Source of the DNA: Nitrososphaeraceae archaeon
GTDB taxonomy: Archaea; Thermoproteota; Nitrososphaeria; Nitrososphaerales; Nitrososphaeraceae
Assembly (NCBI GenBank): GCA_044870765.1
Contig: JBIOZG010000043.1
Location: 40,080 to 104,079 of the forward strand
DNA: 64,000 bases
Direction: 5' to 3'
Part shown: piece after piece, positions 1-10,240 of the stretch
Layout: each line of letters opens with the position of its first letter
Position numbering within the stretch: the first letter of the stretch is position 1
Notes under the pieces: model-generated
What the model was told of the DNA's origin: nothing
What the model saw: the letters and a program-made list of their open reading frames with translations, nothing else
Database searches by the model: none
Translations under genes and position numbers: made by a program

Positions 1-2
1 AC

Positions 3-347
3 AAAATAATCATTTCCCTTGATGAGGTTAACGGAAAGGTAATGATAGATGGTTGGCAATCCTCTTCAGATTTTAAGATTGAAGACGCAATAATCAAGTT
101 TAACAAGCTAGGAATAAACATTTTCCTTCTGACTAGTATTGTAAAAGACGGGACTCTTTTGGGACCAGATATTGTTACTTTAAATAGCATTAATACAGAT
201 CGAAAATCAAAGATAATAGCTAGTGGTGGAATATCAAGTTTGATTGATGTGTTAAGGGTTAGAGCAATTGGTTGTGATAGTGTTATACTTGGTAAGGCAT
301 TGTATGAAGACAGGTTGGATATCAAAAAGGTGAAAGCAATAGCATAA
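3..347 (+). CDS. hisA: ProFAR isomerase HisA, 3' part (5' end outside window)
   Basis: Frame is open to the window edge (KIIISLDEVNGKV..GW); TSIVKDGTLLGPD and IIASGGI motifs; overlaps the hisF start. Confidence 0.92.
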   Translation, partial: KIIISLDEVNGKVMIDGWQSSSDFKIEDAIIKFNKLGINIFLLTSIVKDGTLLGPDIVTLNSINTDRKSKIIASGGISSLIDVLRVRAIGCDSVILGKALYEDRLDIKKVKAIA

Positions 348-1150
348 TGCCGTTATCAAAGAGAATCATTCCATGCCTTGATGTTGATAATGGTAGAGTG
401 GTTAAAGGAATAAAGTTTCGGGGAGTCAAGGATGCCGGCGACCCTGTTGAACTAGCTAAAAAATACAGTGATCAGGGAGCCGATGAACTTGTTTTCCTGG
501 ACATAACGGCGTCAAAACAGGACAGGGAGATAATGAAGAGTATGGTAAAGAAAGTAGCCAGCGTTATAGACATACCTTTTACAGTGGGAGGCGGTATTAA
601 GACGCTTGCAGATGCACGGGAAATTCTTCTTAATGGTGCAGATAAGGTTTCAATCAATACTGCTTCGGTCAAGAACCCTGAACTGGTAACAGAGCTAATG
701 AAAATTTTTGGGAGACAATGTATTGTTGTAGCAATAGATGTCAAGAGAAATTACGAAACTGATGATAAACACACCGCAACATCCGGACCTGATAAGGATT
801 ACTATTTTGAAGTCATGATATACGGAGGATCCAAAGGAACTGGTATTGATGCAATTCAGTGGGCAAAGAAGGTAGAAGAGCTGGGGGCTGGGGAAATACT
901 GCTTACAAGCATAGATGCAGATGGTACTAAAAATGGTTACGATATTGAATTGACAAATACAATTTGCAATAATGTGAGAATACCCGTCATTGCGTCAGGC
1001 GGTTGTGGCTCATCTGAACACATGGTCGAGGTATTTAACAAGACTGATGTTGATGCTGTACTTGCTGCTTCAATTTTTCATTATGATAAATTAACTCTAG
1101 AGAAAGTCAAGAAAAACTTAGTCCAAAAAGGAATTCAAACCAGATTATAA
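347..1150 (+). CDS. hisF: Imidazole glycerol phosphate synthase cyclase subunit
   Basis: KRIIPCLDV, GADELVFLDIT, GEILLTSIDADGT, PVIASGG motifs. Confidence 0.97.
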   Translation: MPLSKRIIPCLDVDNGRVVKGIKFRGVKDAGDPVELAKKYSDQGADELVFLDITASKQDREIMKSMVKKVASVIDIPFTVGGGIKTLADAREILLNGADKVSINTASVKNPELVTELMKIFGRQCIVVAIDVKRNYETDDKHTATSGPDKDYYFEVMIYGGSKGTGIDAIQWAKKVEELGAGEILLTSIDADGTKNGYDIELTNTICNNVRIPVIASGGCGSSEHMVEVFNKTDVDAVLAASIFHYDKLTLEKVKKNLVQKGIQTRL

Positions 1151-1216
1151 ACTTGATTTATTCTCAAATTTCTCTAGGAAGGTAACAAACGTAAAAAAAA
1201 CGCTCTTAGTTTTATA

Positions 1217-2680
1217 CTAGTGCAAAGTAAGGGCAAAAATAAATATTCCTGCTATCATTTCGATGGTCAAGAAGTAGTCCTTGATTATCTTTATCTTACT
1301 TGCTTTTACCTTTCTAAAACCTCTGATTATATGTTGATCACGAATAGTAACAAGAGCATACAATCTGGTTAGCGCCATCAAGAAACTTATTCCCAAATAC
1401 ACAGGCAGTATGAAAAGGTCCATGGGATTACGTCGCAAATGTGGGAAAATTTTGATTGTCCTTCCGACAAGCCACAAAATGATGATAGAGACGGCTAATC
1501 CCCATTGATTTTCAATGACGGCTATTGATAGAAAAATTGGACCAAGTAATAGCGTAAAGACGGAAATGAAACGATCTATCATAGAAAATGCAAGGTATGG
1601 ACATTTCCACACCCATCCATTCCAAAGGCTCTGAAAGTCAGAATTATGACTGTTTCTTGCCCACCTAATTCTTTGCCTGATAAATTGGTCAAATCCTGGA
1701 GCAGCAGATGAATAAATTACCGCAGTGCTTTGATAATATGTCTTCCATCCTTCCTGTTGAATAAGTCTTGTGAAGCATTTATCTTCACCTGACTCTTTCT
1801 TCCTGCCAAGAATAATTTCTTTTAGGAAATATTTGATTTTAGGTTCCAGAATTTCCCTTCGATATAGTGCAGTTTTTCCACTTAGGCAAGAAAGGACCCT
1901 TCCTCCAGCCGTCTGCGCAGGCATGTCCAAATAGTTTCGCATATCCCAGAAAATATCTGTCATCTTCTGCCAGATTGTTCTTCTTTCAATAGGGTGAAAT
2001 CGAGGGGTGACTCCGCCGATTTTTGGATCTACTTCGAATGGTCGCAGCGCATTTTCCAAGAAATTAGAGTCCCACATTGTGTCGCTGTCAGTTAAAGCAA
2101 GGATCTGACCTTTTGATTCTGAAATACCGTCAGCTAGTGCGGCTCTCTTGCCAGGTTTTGAAGTTATTATTAATTTAAGATTATTCTTGCCCTGTTGAAA
2201 TTCTTTAAACTCGGTAATACAAGATGGATCTGATTTATCTATGACTGCAATTATTTCATACGGATTATTTTTCCACCATGATTCAAGGGATCGCTTAAAG
2301 ATTTTCTGATCTTCATGATATACAGGTATAATTACCGATACACTAAGATCAGTTGCGCTTCTCAAAGTAGTCTTGGTTGATTCTGGTGTTATCGGAGAAT
2401 ATAGAGTAGCAACTACTTTTTTGATAAACCATACTGTCCATCTCCAGATACCTATAACACCCAGGGGTATTATTAGCCAATAATTGGACAGCCAACCTGG
2501 AAATAAATTCATAGCTATATAATTTTGCAAGCCATTAATTTGATAAGTAATATCAGTAATGTCAAACCACAGGGGGGAGAAAATCAGTGAAACCGCAAAT
2601 CCGATTAGAATTAGATCAAAAATTATGTTGCCAAAAATCCCGGTATATTTATGATGGATTTGGCTGTTATGGGATTCCAC
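1217..2680 (-). CDS. Membrane processive glycosyltransferase, GT2 (hyaluronan synthase/NodC-like)
   Basis: GKR.AL, DSD, CLSG..ALYRR, GEDKCFT and QRIRW motifs; TM helices at both ends. Confidence 0.88.
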   Translation of the reverse strand: MESHNSQIHHKYTGIFGNIIFDLILIGFAVSLIFSPLWFDITDITYQINGLQNYIAMNLFPGWLSNYWLIIPLGVIGIWRWTVWFIKKVVATLYSPITPESTKTTLRSATDLSVSVIIPVYHEDQKIFKRSLESWWKNNPYEIIAVIDKSDPSCITEFKEFQQGKNNLKLIITSKPGKRAALADGISESKGQILALTDSDTMWDSNFLENALRPFEVDPKIGGVTPRFHPIERRTIWQKMTDIFWDMRNYLDMPAQTAGGRVLSCLSGKTALYRREILEPKIKYFLKEIILGRKKESGEDKCFTRLIQQEGWKTYYQSTAVIYSSAAPGFDQFIRQRIRWARNSHNSDFQSLWNGWVWKCPYLAFSMIDRFISVFTLLLGPIFLSIAVIENQWGLAVSIIILWLVGRTIKIFPHLRRNPMDLFILPVYLGISFLMALTRLYALVTIRDQHIIRGFRKVKASKIKIIKDYFLTIEMIAGIFIFALTLH

Positions 2681-2858
2681 TATTTTAACTCGATTCCAAT
2701 ATTATTTATTAGTAACTTTTATTATTATCTAGAAGTTAATGATGTAAGATGGTTACTGTCAAATTTTACTGTATTTCTTACTTGAAAATCAAAAGGAATT
2801 ATATAAATATGATTAATTATAACCCCCCTATAATAAAGAGGGATTTTGCACGAGTAAG

Positions 2859-3743
2859 ATAAGCATTGTTGGTTCCGGTGTGGTAGGAAGTGCAACGGGC
2901 CAGGGATTTCACAAGCTAGGTCACGAAGTAATTTTTTATGACATTTCAAAGGAAAAGCTGAGGACATTAAAGTCAAATGGTTTCAATGTCGCTGAAGATT
3001 TGGGGGATGCATTATCGCAAACAGATATTGCATTTGTTTGTGTAAATACTCCCACTCATAATTCACAACAGGACCTTTCGCAGATACTATCGGCGCTGTA
3101 CCAGCTAGCAAACTATCTAAATTCATCTAATAAGCGTCATTTGCTGGTTTTCCGAAGCACTATGTTGCCTGGTACAATGCGCAGCGTAGTGTTAAACTAC
3201 CTTGAAAAAAATTGCACAAAAAAGAGAGGGGTTGACTATGAAATTGCATATAATCCAGAATTTCTGAGACAAAATTCAGCGCTCGAAGACTTTTTCAAGC
3301 CAGATAGGGTAATAATCGGAGAAGAGAACGGTAATGATTTGACAAAATTATTGGTGGAAATATACCAACCACTGACAAAACACATAATCAACACATCATT
3401 TGAGGCAGCAGAGCTAATCAAGTATGCATCAAATTGCTTTTTGTCATTAAAGATTTCATTCTTTAATGAAGTAGGCTTAATATGCAAACACTTGGGAATA
3501 GATGACAAAGTTGTAAGTTTGGGCGTATCATTGGATAAGAGAATCGGCAAGTATGGCACTGAATTTGGTAGGCCCTTTGATGGAATGTGTCTTCCAAAAG
3601 ACACTCAGGCACTAGCCTCATTCATAAAGGAAAATAGGATTGAACCCGACTTGCTTGAAGTAGTATTAAACATAAACAAGAAAATAGAAGACCTAACTAC
3701 CACAAAACAACTAGTTTCAAGTGCTAGAGAAACTCATTCTTAA
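2859..3743 (+). CDS. UDP-glucose/GDP-mannose dehydrogenase family protein (short form, probable non-canonical start)
   Basis: ISIVGSGVVG Rossmann motif begins upstream of the GTG at 2880; CVNTP, RST, NPEFLRQ, KYASN and G.CLPKD motifs; C-terminal UDP-binding domain absent. Confidence 0.88.
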   Translation: MSIVGSGVVGSATGQGFHKLGHEVIFYDISKEKLRTLKSNGFNVAEDLGDALSQTDIAFVCVNTPTHNSQQDLSQILSALYQLANYLNSSNKRHLLVFRSTMLPGTMRSVVLNYLEKNCTKKRGVDYEIAYNPEFLRQNSALEDFFKPDRVIIGEENGNDLTKLLVEIYQPLTKHIINTSFEAAELIKYASNCFLSLKISFFNEVGLICKHLGIDDKVVSLGVSLDKRIGKYGTEFGRPFDGMCLPKDTQALASFIKENRIEPDLLEVVLNINKKIEDLTTTKQLVSSARETHS

Positions 3744-3797
3744 TACCTCAAATTTTACTCTTAAATTTATATTGGGAGCAAAGTTTTTCATTTTTTA

Positions 3798-5042
3798 ATG
3801 AAATTGTCTCCTTATGGAATTTCATTTGTTTTTTTATTGATTCTAAATGTTGCATCAATATCCAGTCTAAATCCTAATCTAAATCTAAATTTAAATCTAA
3901 ATCCAATCTATGCTCAAGGGACAAACTCTCAACAACTGATTGGAGTAAACATGTTAGGATACTACACAAGTTTACCTCAAACACGTGATTTTAAGAATCC
4001 TTTCCCTGATAACTATTATGATCAGAGTTTTAAGATAATAAAAGAAGGTGGAATGAACCATGTCAGGTATGTGTATTATTGGGAGTCTTATGTGAAGAAT
4101 CCTACTGCGTTCATTAATGAATTGAAATTTGCCGCGACTCTTGCTGATAAATATGGTTTGAAAATAATATATGATAATCACCAGTTCCATACGTCATCCT
4201 GGCTTAATCCTCAAAGAGGAACAGGATTTCCAAATTTCTTGTTTCAAAATAATTCAGAATACGCCTATGGCAGCGGAGGAGGACCCAAATATCCATCAGC
4301 GGTATCGTGGTGGACACACTGGTGGAACAGAGAGATTACAGATGTAAATGGTACTGACGGATGGACTCTGCAATCTCAATTCTTAAAGAAAGTAGTCAGT
4401 ACCGTTGATAGCCATCCGAGTACTGTAGGATATGAAATATTAAGTGAACCACAGGTGCACAGTGTAGACCAGTGGGATAAAGTCGGAAAGTATAATACAT
4501 TTTTAGCTGATGAATTGAGAAAGGTAACAAAAAAAGACATAGTATACAGCATGAGTATTCCTGTTGATCTTAAAAGTAACATAGGAGTTAACGCAACAAA
4601 TCTTGCAAAAATGACGCCTGCAAATAAGACAAATACTATTTTCAAATTTAGTATATACGGGCTGCCATCACCGGGAAGCTACCAAGAAGAAAGGCTTAAC
4701 ACGTTCATTGCAGCCGGCAACCTTTCCGGAGTTCCTGTTTACATTGGGGAGTGGAATAACGTGGACAGAGATAAAGTAATAAACGAAGAAGGAGACTTTG
4801 TCTATGAGATAAATCCAGAAGAAAGCGACATCACCCCAGCAGACACTAAGGCGATTTTAAAGAAATTCAACCAAATTGATCCATATGGATGGGCTTTTTG
4901 GTATTGGAATTTTAGGCCACATCGAGTCGAGAACTTTAATCTAGTGACAAGTGATCCCAGCGGGAATTTAATTCCCACGAAATATTTTGATATTCTCAAA
5001 AATGCTGTCCAATCGGTCAATTCTACCAAAGGTTCCAAATAA
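3798..5042 (+). CDS. Secreted glycoside hydrolase, GH5/cellulase-like TIM barrel
   Basis: Signal peptide; GMNHVR..YW, DNHQ, GYEILSEP (acid/base Glu), PVYIGEW (nucleophile), GWAFWYW. Confidence 0.82.
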   Translation: MKLSPYGISFVFLLILNVASISSLNPNLNLNLNLNPIYAQGTNSQQLIGVNMLGYYTSLPQTRDFKNPFPDNYYDQSFKIIKEGGMNHVRYVYYWESYVKNPTAFINELKFAATLADKYGLKIIYDNHQFHTSSWLNPQRGTGFPNFLFQNNSEYAYGSGGGPKYPSAVSWWTHWWNREITDVNGTDGWTLQSQFLKKVVSTVDSHPSTVGYEILSEPQVHSVDQWDKVGKYNTFLADELRKVTKKDIVYSMSIPVDLKSNIGVNATNLAKMTPANKTNTIFKFSIYGLPSPGSYQEERLNTFIAAGNLSGVPVYIGEWNNVDRDKVINEEGDFVYEINPEESDITPADTKAILKKFNQIDPYGWAFWYWNFRPHRVENFNLVTSDPSGNLIPTKYFDILKNAVQSVNSTKGSK

Positions 5043-5237
5043 ACTAATTTGATTGTGAGAATCAAGCCTCTTCTTCATGGTAACATGAAGGCACAAACTG
5101 ACAAAAAAATACCGGAGAAAGAAAAATAATTTTTTGAAATACTGACTAACTTTTGACCTAGTGGATTAGTCATGTAGAGCAATATCCATAAGGTTTAATT
5201 CATGCATAAACGCCATAGTTAACGATAAAGAAGCAAT

Positions 5238-6905
5238 TTGAATTTGCAATTACAACTAAGAGAAGGAACCAAACTGCGATCATTGATATTTATCCTTATT
5301 CCTCTTGTTCTTTCTTTTTACACTCACCTTTGGAATCCTACAGGGTTTCCCTCTTTACATACGGATGAGGGTCATTATCTAAGAAAGGCAATTTCCACCG
5401 AAACAGGCCAGGGTTTGCAACCTCAGGACAGATACCGTGCCCCATATTTTGGGCAGATGTTCCTTGCAGGCATCTTTAGCATTATTAATTACCCTAACCT
5501 AGAAGTGCTAGGCAATAGTAATCCTGTTGAGCAACTGTACTTGGTTCCCCGTGTAATTATGGGGATTTTGGCTGTAATTGATACTTTTCTGCTGTATAGA
5601 ATCACAGAATATAGATATGGCAGGAATGTTGCGATTATAGCCTCCATATTGTTTGCCGTCATGCCATTTACCTGGCTAACTCGGAGAATATTTCTCGAGT
5701 CAATTCAGCTGCCCTTTATTTTAACGTCAATACTGCTTATTCTGAATCTTGGAAGAGGACGCCAACAGGGAATGCAGCGGGATTACCAGCAAGAGAATCA
5801 ACATCATCAGAGCCACCAGCAACAACAATCTCAACAGCAGCAGCAGCAGCAGCAAGCCCACTTACTACAAGCGAAACCAGAAAAAATCAATCCTGACAAT
5901 AACCGTCCAGGGCTCCAATATGCCAAGTTTACTCTCATAATCTCTGGAATTTTTCTAGGACTGGCTATTTTTACAAAGATACCTGCGTTTACAATAATTC
6001 CACTGGGAATTATTATGATATATGTAATAACTAGAAAAAAGAGATACATTGTAGTTTGGTTAATTCCCGTGCTTTTGGTTCCAATGATGTGGCCGCTTCA
6101 CGCCATGCTTAGTGGAGATTTGGATAATTGGATAAGCGGTGTGCGTTACCAAGTTAGTAGAGACAGGCCATTGATTAATACGATAAATACATTTTTCGAG
6201 ATAGACCCTGTACTGTTTATTTTGGGAATGGGCGGTCTCGTCTACGCTGCCATAAAAAAGGACTACTTTGTTCTGATGTGGGCAATTCCTGTTTTTGTCT
6301 TCCTTCAAGCAATAGGATATGTTTCTTCATTTCACTTGATTCTCTTACTACCTCCGCTTTGCGTCGCCGGAGCAAATATGATTGAAAAAATAGGTAAGAA
6401 TATTTCCAATATCACAATGAAAAACATGCTACCGTACATCAGAATAGCTGTTATCGGAGTATTTGGTATCTGCAGCATAACCATGCTGATTACTTTGAAT
6501 ATAAATACAACTTATTATCAGGCACTTGCTTTTGTTCTCTCCAATTTACCCGATAGCAATACCAATTCTTCTGCGATAAGCCCTGCAGACAAGGTAACAG
6601 TAATTGGCAATCCCCAGTATTTCTGGATACCAGAATTTGTTTACAATAAAACATTTGACGCCAAAAACTTCTACAGCAAGACTCCGTTTAAGACAGACAA
6701 ATACATGATGATAGTTGATAATGGGTTTGTCAGAATTTTGAACGGTGATAATACTTCAAGATTAAATTTGGCCTACAACTCCACCCATAATCTAGCAAGA
6801 TTTGAGCAAAACTTTACGGGAGGAATTGACCTCAATAAATATCCGTTTACCAATTTAAAATTGAGCCCTGAAACACGCTTTATTGAACTTAGATCCAACT
6901 ATTAG
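5238..6905 (+). CDS. GT-C fold membrane glycosyltransferase (ArnT/PMT, GT39/GT83-like)
   Basis: DEGHY luminal motif after TM1, many TM helices, GLAIFTK motif; internal poly-Q insert. Confidence 0.82.
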   Translation: MNLQLQLREGTKLRSLIFILIPLVLSFYTHLWNPTGFPSLHTDEGHYLRKAISTETGQGLQPQDRYRAPYFGQMFLAGIFSIINYPNLEVLGNSNPVEQLYLVPRVIMGILAVIDTFLLYRITEYRYGRNVAIIASILFAVMPFTWLTRRIFLESIQLPFILTSILLILNLGRGRQQGMQRDYQQENQHHQSHQQQQSQQQQQQQQAHLLQAKPEKINPDNNRPGLQYAKFTLIISGIFLGLAIFTKIPAFTIIPLGIIMIYVITRKKRYIVVWLIPVLLVPMMWPLHAMLSGDLDNWISGVRYQVSRDRPLINTINTFFEIDPVLFILGMGGLVYAAIKKDYFVLMWAIPVFVFLQAIGYVSSFHLILLLPPLCVAGANMIEKIGKNISNITMKNMLPYIRIAVIGVFGICSITMLITLNINTTYYQALAFVLSNLPDSNTNSSAISPADKVTVIGNPQYFWIPEFVYNKTFDAKNFYSKTPFKTDKYMMIVDNGFVRILNGDNTSRLNLAYNSTHNLARFEQNFTGGIDLNKYPFTNLKLSPETRFIELRSNY

Positions 6906-6970
6906 TTCTTTATTCAGATTTTTTCCCAAACCATTTAATTTGAGCTTTTACGTTTAGTTCACGTCTCTAA

Positions 6971-8857
6971 ATGCGTATACTTTTGTTACACTCTGATTTT
7001 ATAGAATACCAACCGATTTCGAAGGAAATAGAGTCAGCAGAAGAAATCCCTTCAACTTCAAGTAAAAAAATTAATGATGTCATAGTGGCATTAATTGCAG
7101 TTGAAAAAGACGATGATGAGTCGATAATTGATGGTGTTTGCAAGGAATTAAAAACGTACAGCGAGACGATAAAATGCGATAGCATTCTAGTATATCCATA
7201 TGCTCACCTCAGCTCAGACTTGGCTAACCCTATAACGGCTCAAGCACTTTTAGTTTCCGTTGAAAAAAAGGCAAAAAGTCTATTTGGCATAGTAAATAGG
7301 GCTCCGTTTGGTTGGACAAAGTCATTTAATGTAAAAATAAAGGGTCATCCTCTAGCAGAACACGCAAAAACAATTCAAAAAAATGCTGACGGAGCCCAGA
7401 ATAAGACGGGGGGTGCAGACACTGAATCAATTGCATTAAAATCAGAAGATACTCTTAACTCGACATGGTATGTATTAGCAACTGAAGGAAACATGATCCC
7501 AATAGGTGAATATAGTTTTGATAAGAAAACTGCCTTTAGCAAACTTGCCGATTATGAGTTATCAAAAAAGAGAACAGTATCTGAAATACCCCCTCACGTA
7601 AAACTAATGAAAAGACTGGCATTAGTCGATTATGAACCTTCTTCAGACGGGGGAAATATGCGATACTATCCGAAAGGACGTTTAATGAAATCTTTGATAG
7701 AGACGTATGTTACTAAAATGATACACGAATATGGTGGAATTGAAGTTGAAACTCCGGTAATGTATGATTCCAATCATCCTTCTATTCATAGTTATTTTAA
7801 CAGATTTCCAGCCAGACAATATAATATACAGTCAGACAACAAACAACTTTTTCTGAGGTTTGCGGCATGTTTTGGTCAGTTTCTAATGGCCAAAGATTTT
7901 CAAATTTCTTACAAGCAATTGCCATTAAAGCTCTATGAATTGACGAGATATTCATTTAGAAGAGAGAAGAGCGGAGAGCTAGTAGGTCTCAGAAGACTCA
8001 GGGCATTTAGCATGCCAGATTGCCATGCTTTTTGCAAAGATATTGATCAGGCAAAAGAAGAGTTTGTAAAGAGATTTGACTTGTCATTAAAAGTAATTGA
8101 AGGTCTTGGTATTTCACCAAACGACGATGTGGATATGGTTATCCGCTTTACTTCAGAGTTTTATGAACAAAATAAAGAATTTATTAAAGAATTTGCGGCG
8201 AGAATGAAGAAACCAATTCTTGTAGAGATTTGGAAAGAAAGATTCTTTTATTTTATTGTAAAATGGGAGTTTAATTTCGTAGACAGTATGGGAAAAGCTG
8301 CTGCATTATCGACCGACCAAATAGACGTTGAAAATGGCGAAAGATACCACATTGAATTTGTTGACAGTGACGGCGAGAAAAAATATCCAATTATTTTGCA
8401 TAACTCTCCGAGTGGCGCTGTTGAGCGCGTAATATTTGCATTGTTAGAAAAATCGGACAGGGACGCTACCAGCGGCAAAGTCCCAGCTTTGCCATTATGG
8501 CTATCACACACACAGGTGAGAATTATTCCGGTTGCGTCAAAACATTTAGAATTCGGCCAGAAAATTTTAAGTGAATTGGACAGAAATAATATCAGAGCAG
8601 ACATTGACGATAGAGAGCTTTCTGTGGCAAAAAAAATCAGAGAAGCCGAATCAGAGTGGATTCATTTCATTATTGTGATTGGAGATAAAGAAGTAGAGGG
8701 CGGAGAATTGGTGGTTAGAGAAAGATTATCCAAGTCTCAGTATGGTATCAACCTGGAAAATCTGATAAAAAACATCAAGTTACAAGTTTCAGACAAGCCA
8801 TATCTACCACTAAATTTGCCTAGCTATCTGTCTAAGCGACCAATAATCATGGCTTGA
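6971..8857 (+). CDS. thrS: Threonyl-tRNA synthetase, archaeal type
   Basis: MRILLLHSD and YPYAHLSS archaeal editing domain; LRFAACFGQF, FRREKSGEL.GLRRLRAF, HNSPSGAVER. Confidence 0.97.
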   Translation: MRILLLHSDFIEYQPISKEIESAEEIPSTSSKKINDVIVALIAVEKDDDESIIDGVCKELKTYSETIKCDSILVYPYAHLSSDLANPITAQALLVSVEKKAKSLFGIVNRAPFGWTKSFNVKIKGHPLAEHAKTIQKNADGAQNKTGGADTESIALKSEDTLNSTWYVLATEGNMIPIGEYSFDKKTAFSKLADYELSKKRTVSEIPPHVKLMKRLALVDYEPSSDGGNMRYYPKGRLMKSLIETYVTKMIHEYGGIEVETPVMYDSNHPSIHSYFNRFPARQYNIQSDNKQLFLRFAACFGQFLMAKDFQISYKQLPLKLYELTRYSFRREKSGELVGLRRLRAFSMPDCHAFCKDIDQAKEEFVKRFDLSLKVIEGLGISPNDDVDMVIRFTSEFYEQNKEFIKEFAARMKKPILVEIWKERFFYFIVKWEFNFVDSMGKAAALSTDQIDVENGERYHIEFVDSDGEKKYPIILHNSPSGAVERVIFALLEKSDRDATSGKVPALPLWLSHTQVRIIPVASKHLEFGQKILSELDRNNIRADIDDRELSVAKKIREAESEWIHFIIVIGDKEVEGGELVVRERLSKSQYGINLENLIKNIKLQVSDKPYLPLNLPSYLSKRPIIMA

Positions 8858-8934
8858 TTCGACGCAATAATCACATGCTAAAACCGGGTTTTTAACTCTA
8901 ATGTTTTTATATTTCGTAACTAGATCCCTTTCAA

Positions 8935-9144
8935 ATGGGAAGAGTGGACAAAGGAGTAAACTGCAGCGTAAGCGGTTGCGAAAATCCAGCGGAAAGATCC
9001 ATAAGTGGAAGTAAGGCGAGCATGGCTTCAGATTTGCAAGTTAATACGTCAAACAAAAGAGTCTATTTGTGCAGGCCGCATTACAAAGATTGGAAAAAGG
9101 CAACCAAGGAAGATAGAGAAAACGAAAGAGCTAGATGGGGCTAA
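8935..9144 (+). CDS. Small conserved zinc-binding protein
   Basis: CSVSGC...LCRPHYK.WKK pattern typical of a small archaeal Zn-finger family. Confidence 0.75.
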   Translation: MGRVDKGVNCSVSGCENPAERSISGSKASMASDLQVNTSNKRVYLCRPHYKDWKKATKEDRENERARWG

Positions 9145-9225
9145 CCAATCAATAATGCAAAGACAAACAAATGGGAAATTGAAAATTTAAAAGCTCATCT
9201 GTTTAAAAACCCAAGATAAACCAAA

Positions 9226-10173
9226 CTAGACGTATTTTCTAGGGATTATTCTCAGAAGTGTCTGTGTTGCAAGTGCTCCCTCTCTGTAATCACCATTTTT
9301 AAGTGAAACTTCCACAATGTCCATTCCCACCAAATTTGCTGAATCGTCAATACTTTTAATTATCTTTAGTATTTCAAAGGGATCCAATCCAAATGGTTCT
9401 GGGGTTCCTGTGCAGGGAACATAAGGCAAGTCATAAACATCGATGTCAAATGATATGTAGACGTTTCTCTTAGAGGTGACCTTAGATATATATTCAGTTA
9501 CATTATCTATATTATTTTTTATTTCCCATGGATCAAATGTAACAATGCCATTTTTCTCTGCAAAGTTATTTTCCTCCTTGTCGGTCTGTCTGATGCCTAT
9601 TTGTATTATGTTTTTACCCTTGATGTATCCTTCATCTATGAGTCTATAAAACGGAGTAGTATGACAGAGTTTCGAACCTTCATATTCAGGTTTTAAATCG
9701 CGATGCGCATCAAAGTGAATCAACAGTGGCTGACTTTCAGAAAGACCTTTGAAACAAAAATACGTGATGGTGTGTTCGCCTCCCAACATAAACGGCTTCT
9801 TTTTTGTCCTTTCAAGTTCTCTCACCAGGACTGGAATATTCTCATCTAAAAACGCAAAGACCGAATCTACTTTACCTTCATGATAGGGAATCTTAATATC
9901 CCCCAGATCAAAGATTTTTGCAACATCCCCTATATCTTTTTTTTCATCATAAACATATGTTTCAATTTGACGAGCAGAAGTAGTCCTAATGGCCTCAGGG
10001 CCTTGACTAGTTCCCTTTCCAAATGATGTTGTCATCTCTAGTGGAACACCAAAAAACACAATATTTGCATCATTAAATGTAATGTTCGCATCGATATCAC
10101 CAAAGGAACATGCAGCTTCGGTCCTCTCCGGAGTAATAAAGAAAGAATCTAAAATATCGAAAATATTTGTCAA
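9226..10173 (-). CDS. speB: Agmatinase (ureohydrolase family)
   Basis: GGEHT, HFDAHRD and SFDIDVYD..P.TGTPEP metal-binding motifs. Confidence 0.9.
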   Translation of the reverse strand: MTNIFDILDSFFITPERTEAACSFGDIDANITFNDANIVFFGVPLEMTTSFGKGTSQGPEAIRTTSARQIETYVYDEKKDIGDVAKIFDLGDIKIPYHEGKVDSVFAFLDENIPVLVRELERTKKKPFMLGGEHTITYFCFKGLSESQPLLIHFDAHRDLKPEYEGSKLCHTTPFYRLIDEGYIKGKNIIQIGIRQTDKEENNFAEKNGIVTFDPWEIKNNIDNVTEYISKVTSKRNVYISFDIDVYDLPYVPCTGTPEPFGLDPFEILKIIKSIDDSANLVGMDIVEVSLKNGDYREGALATQTLLRIIPRKYV

Positions 10174-10240
10174 TTTGCCTAAATGAATGATGGAATCTTA
10201 TTATTATATTTATTTTTAAAGCAAACTGATGATAACAATT

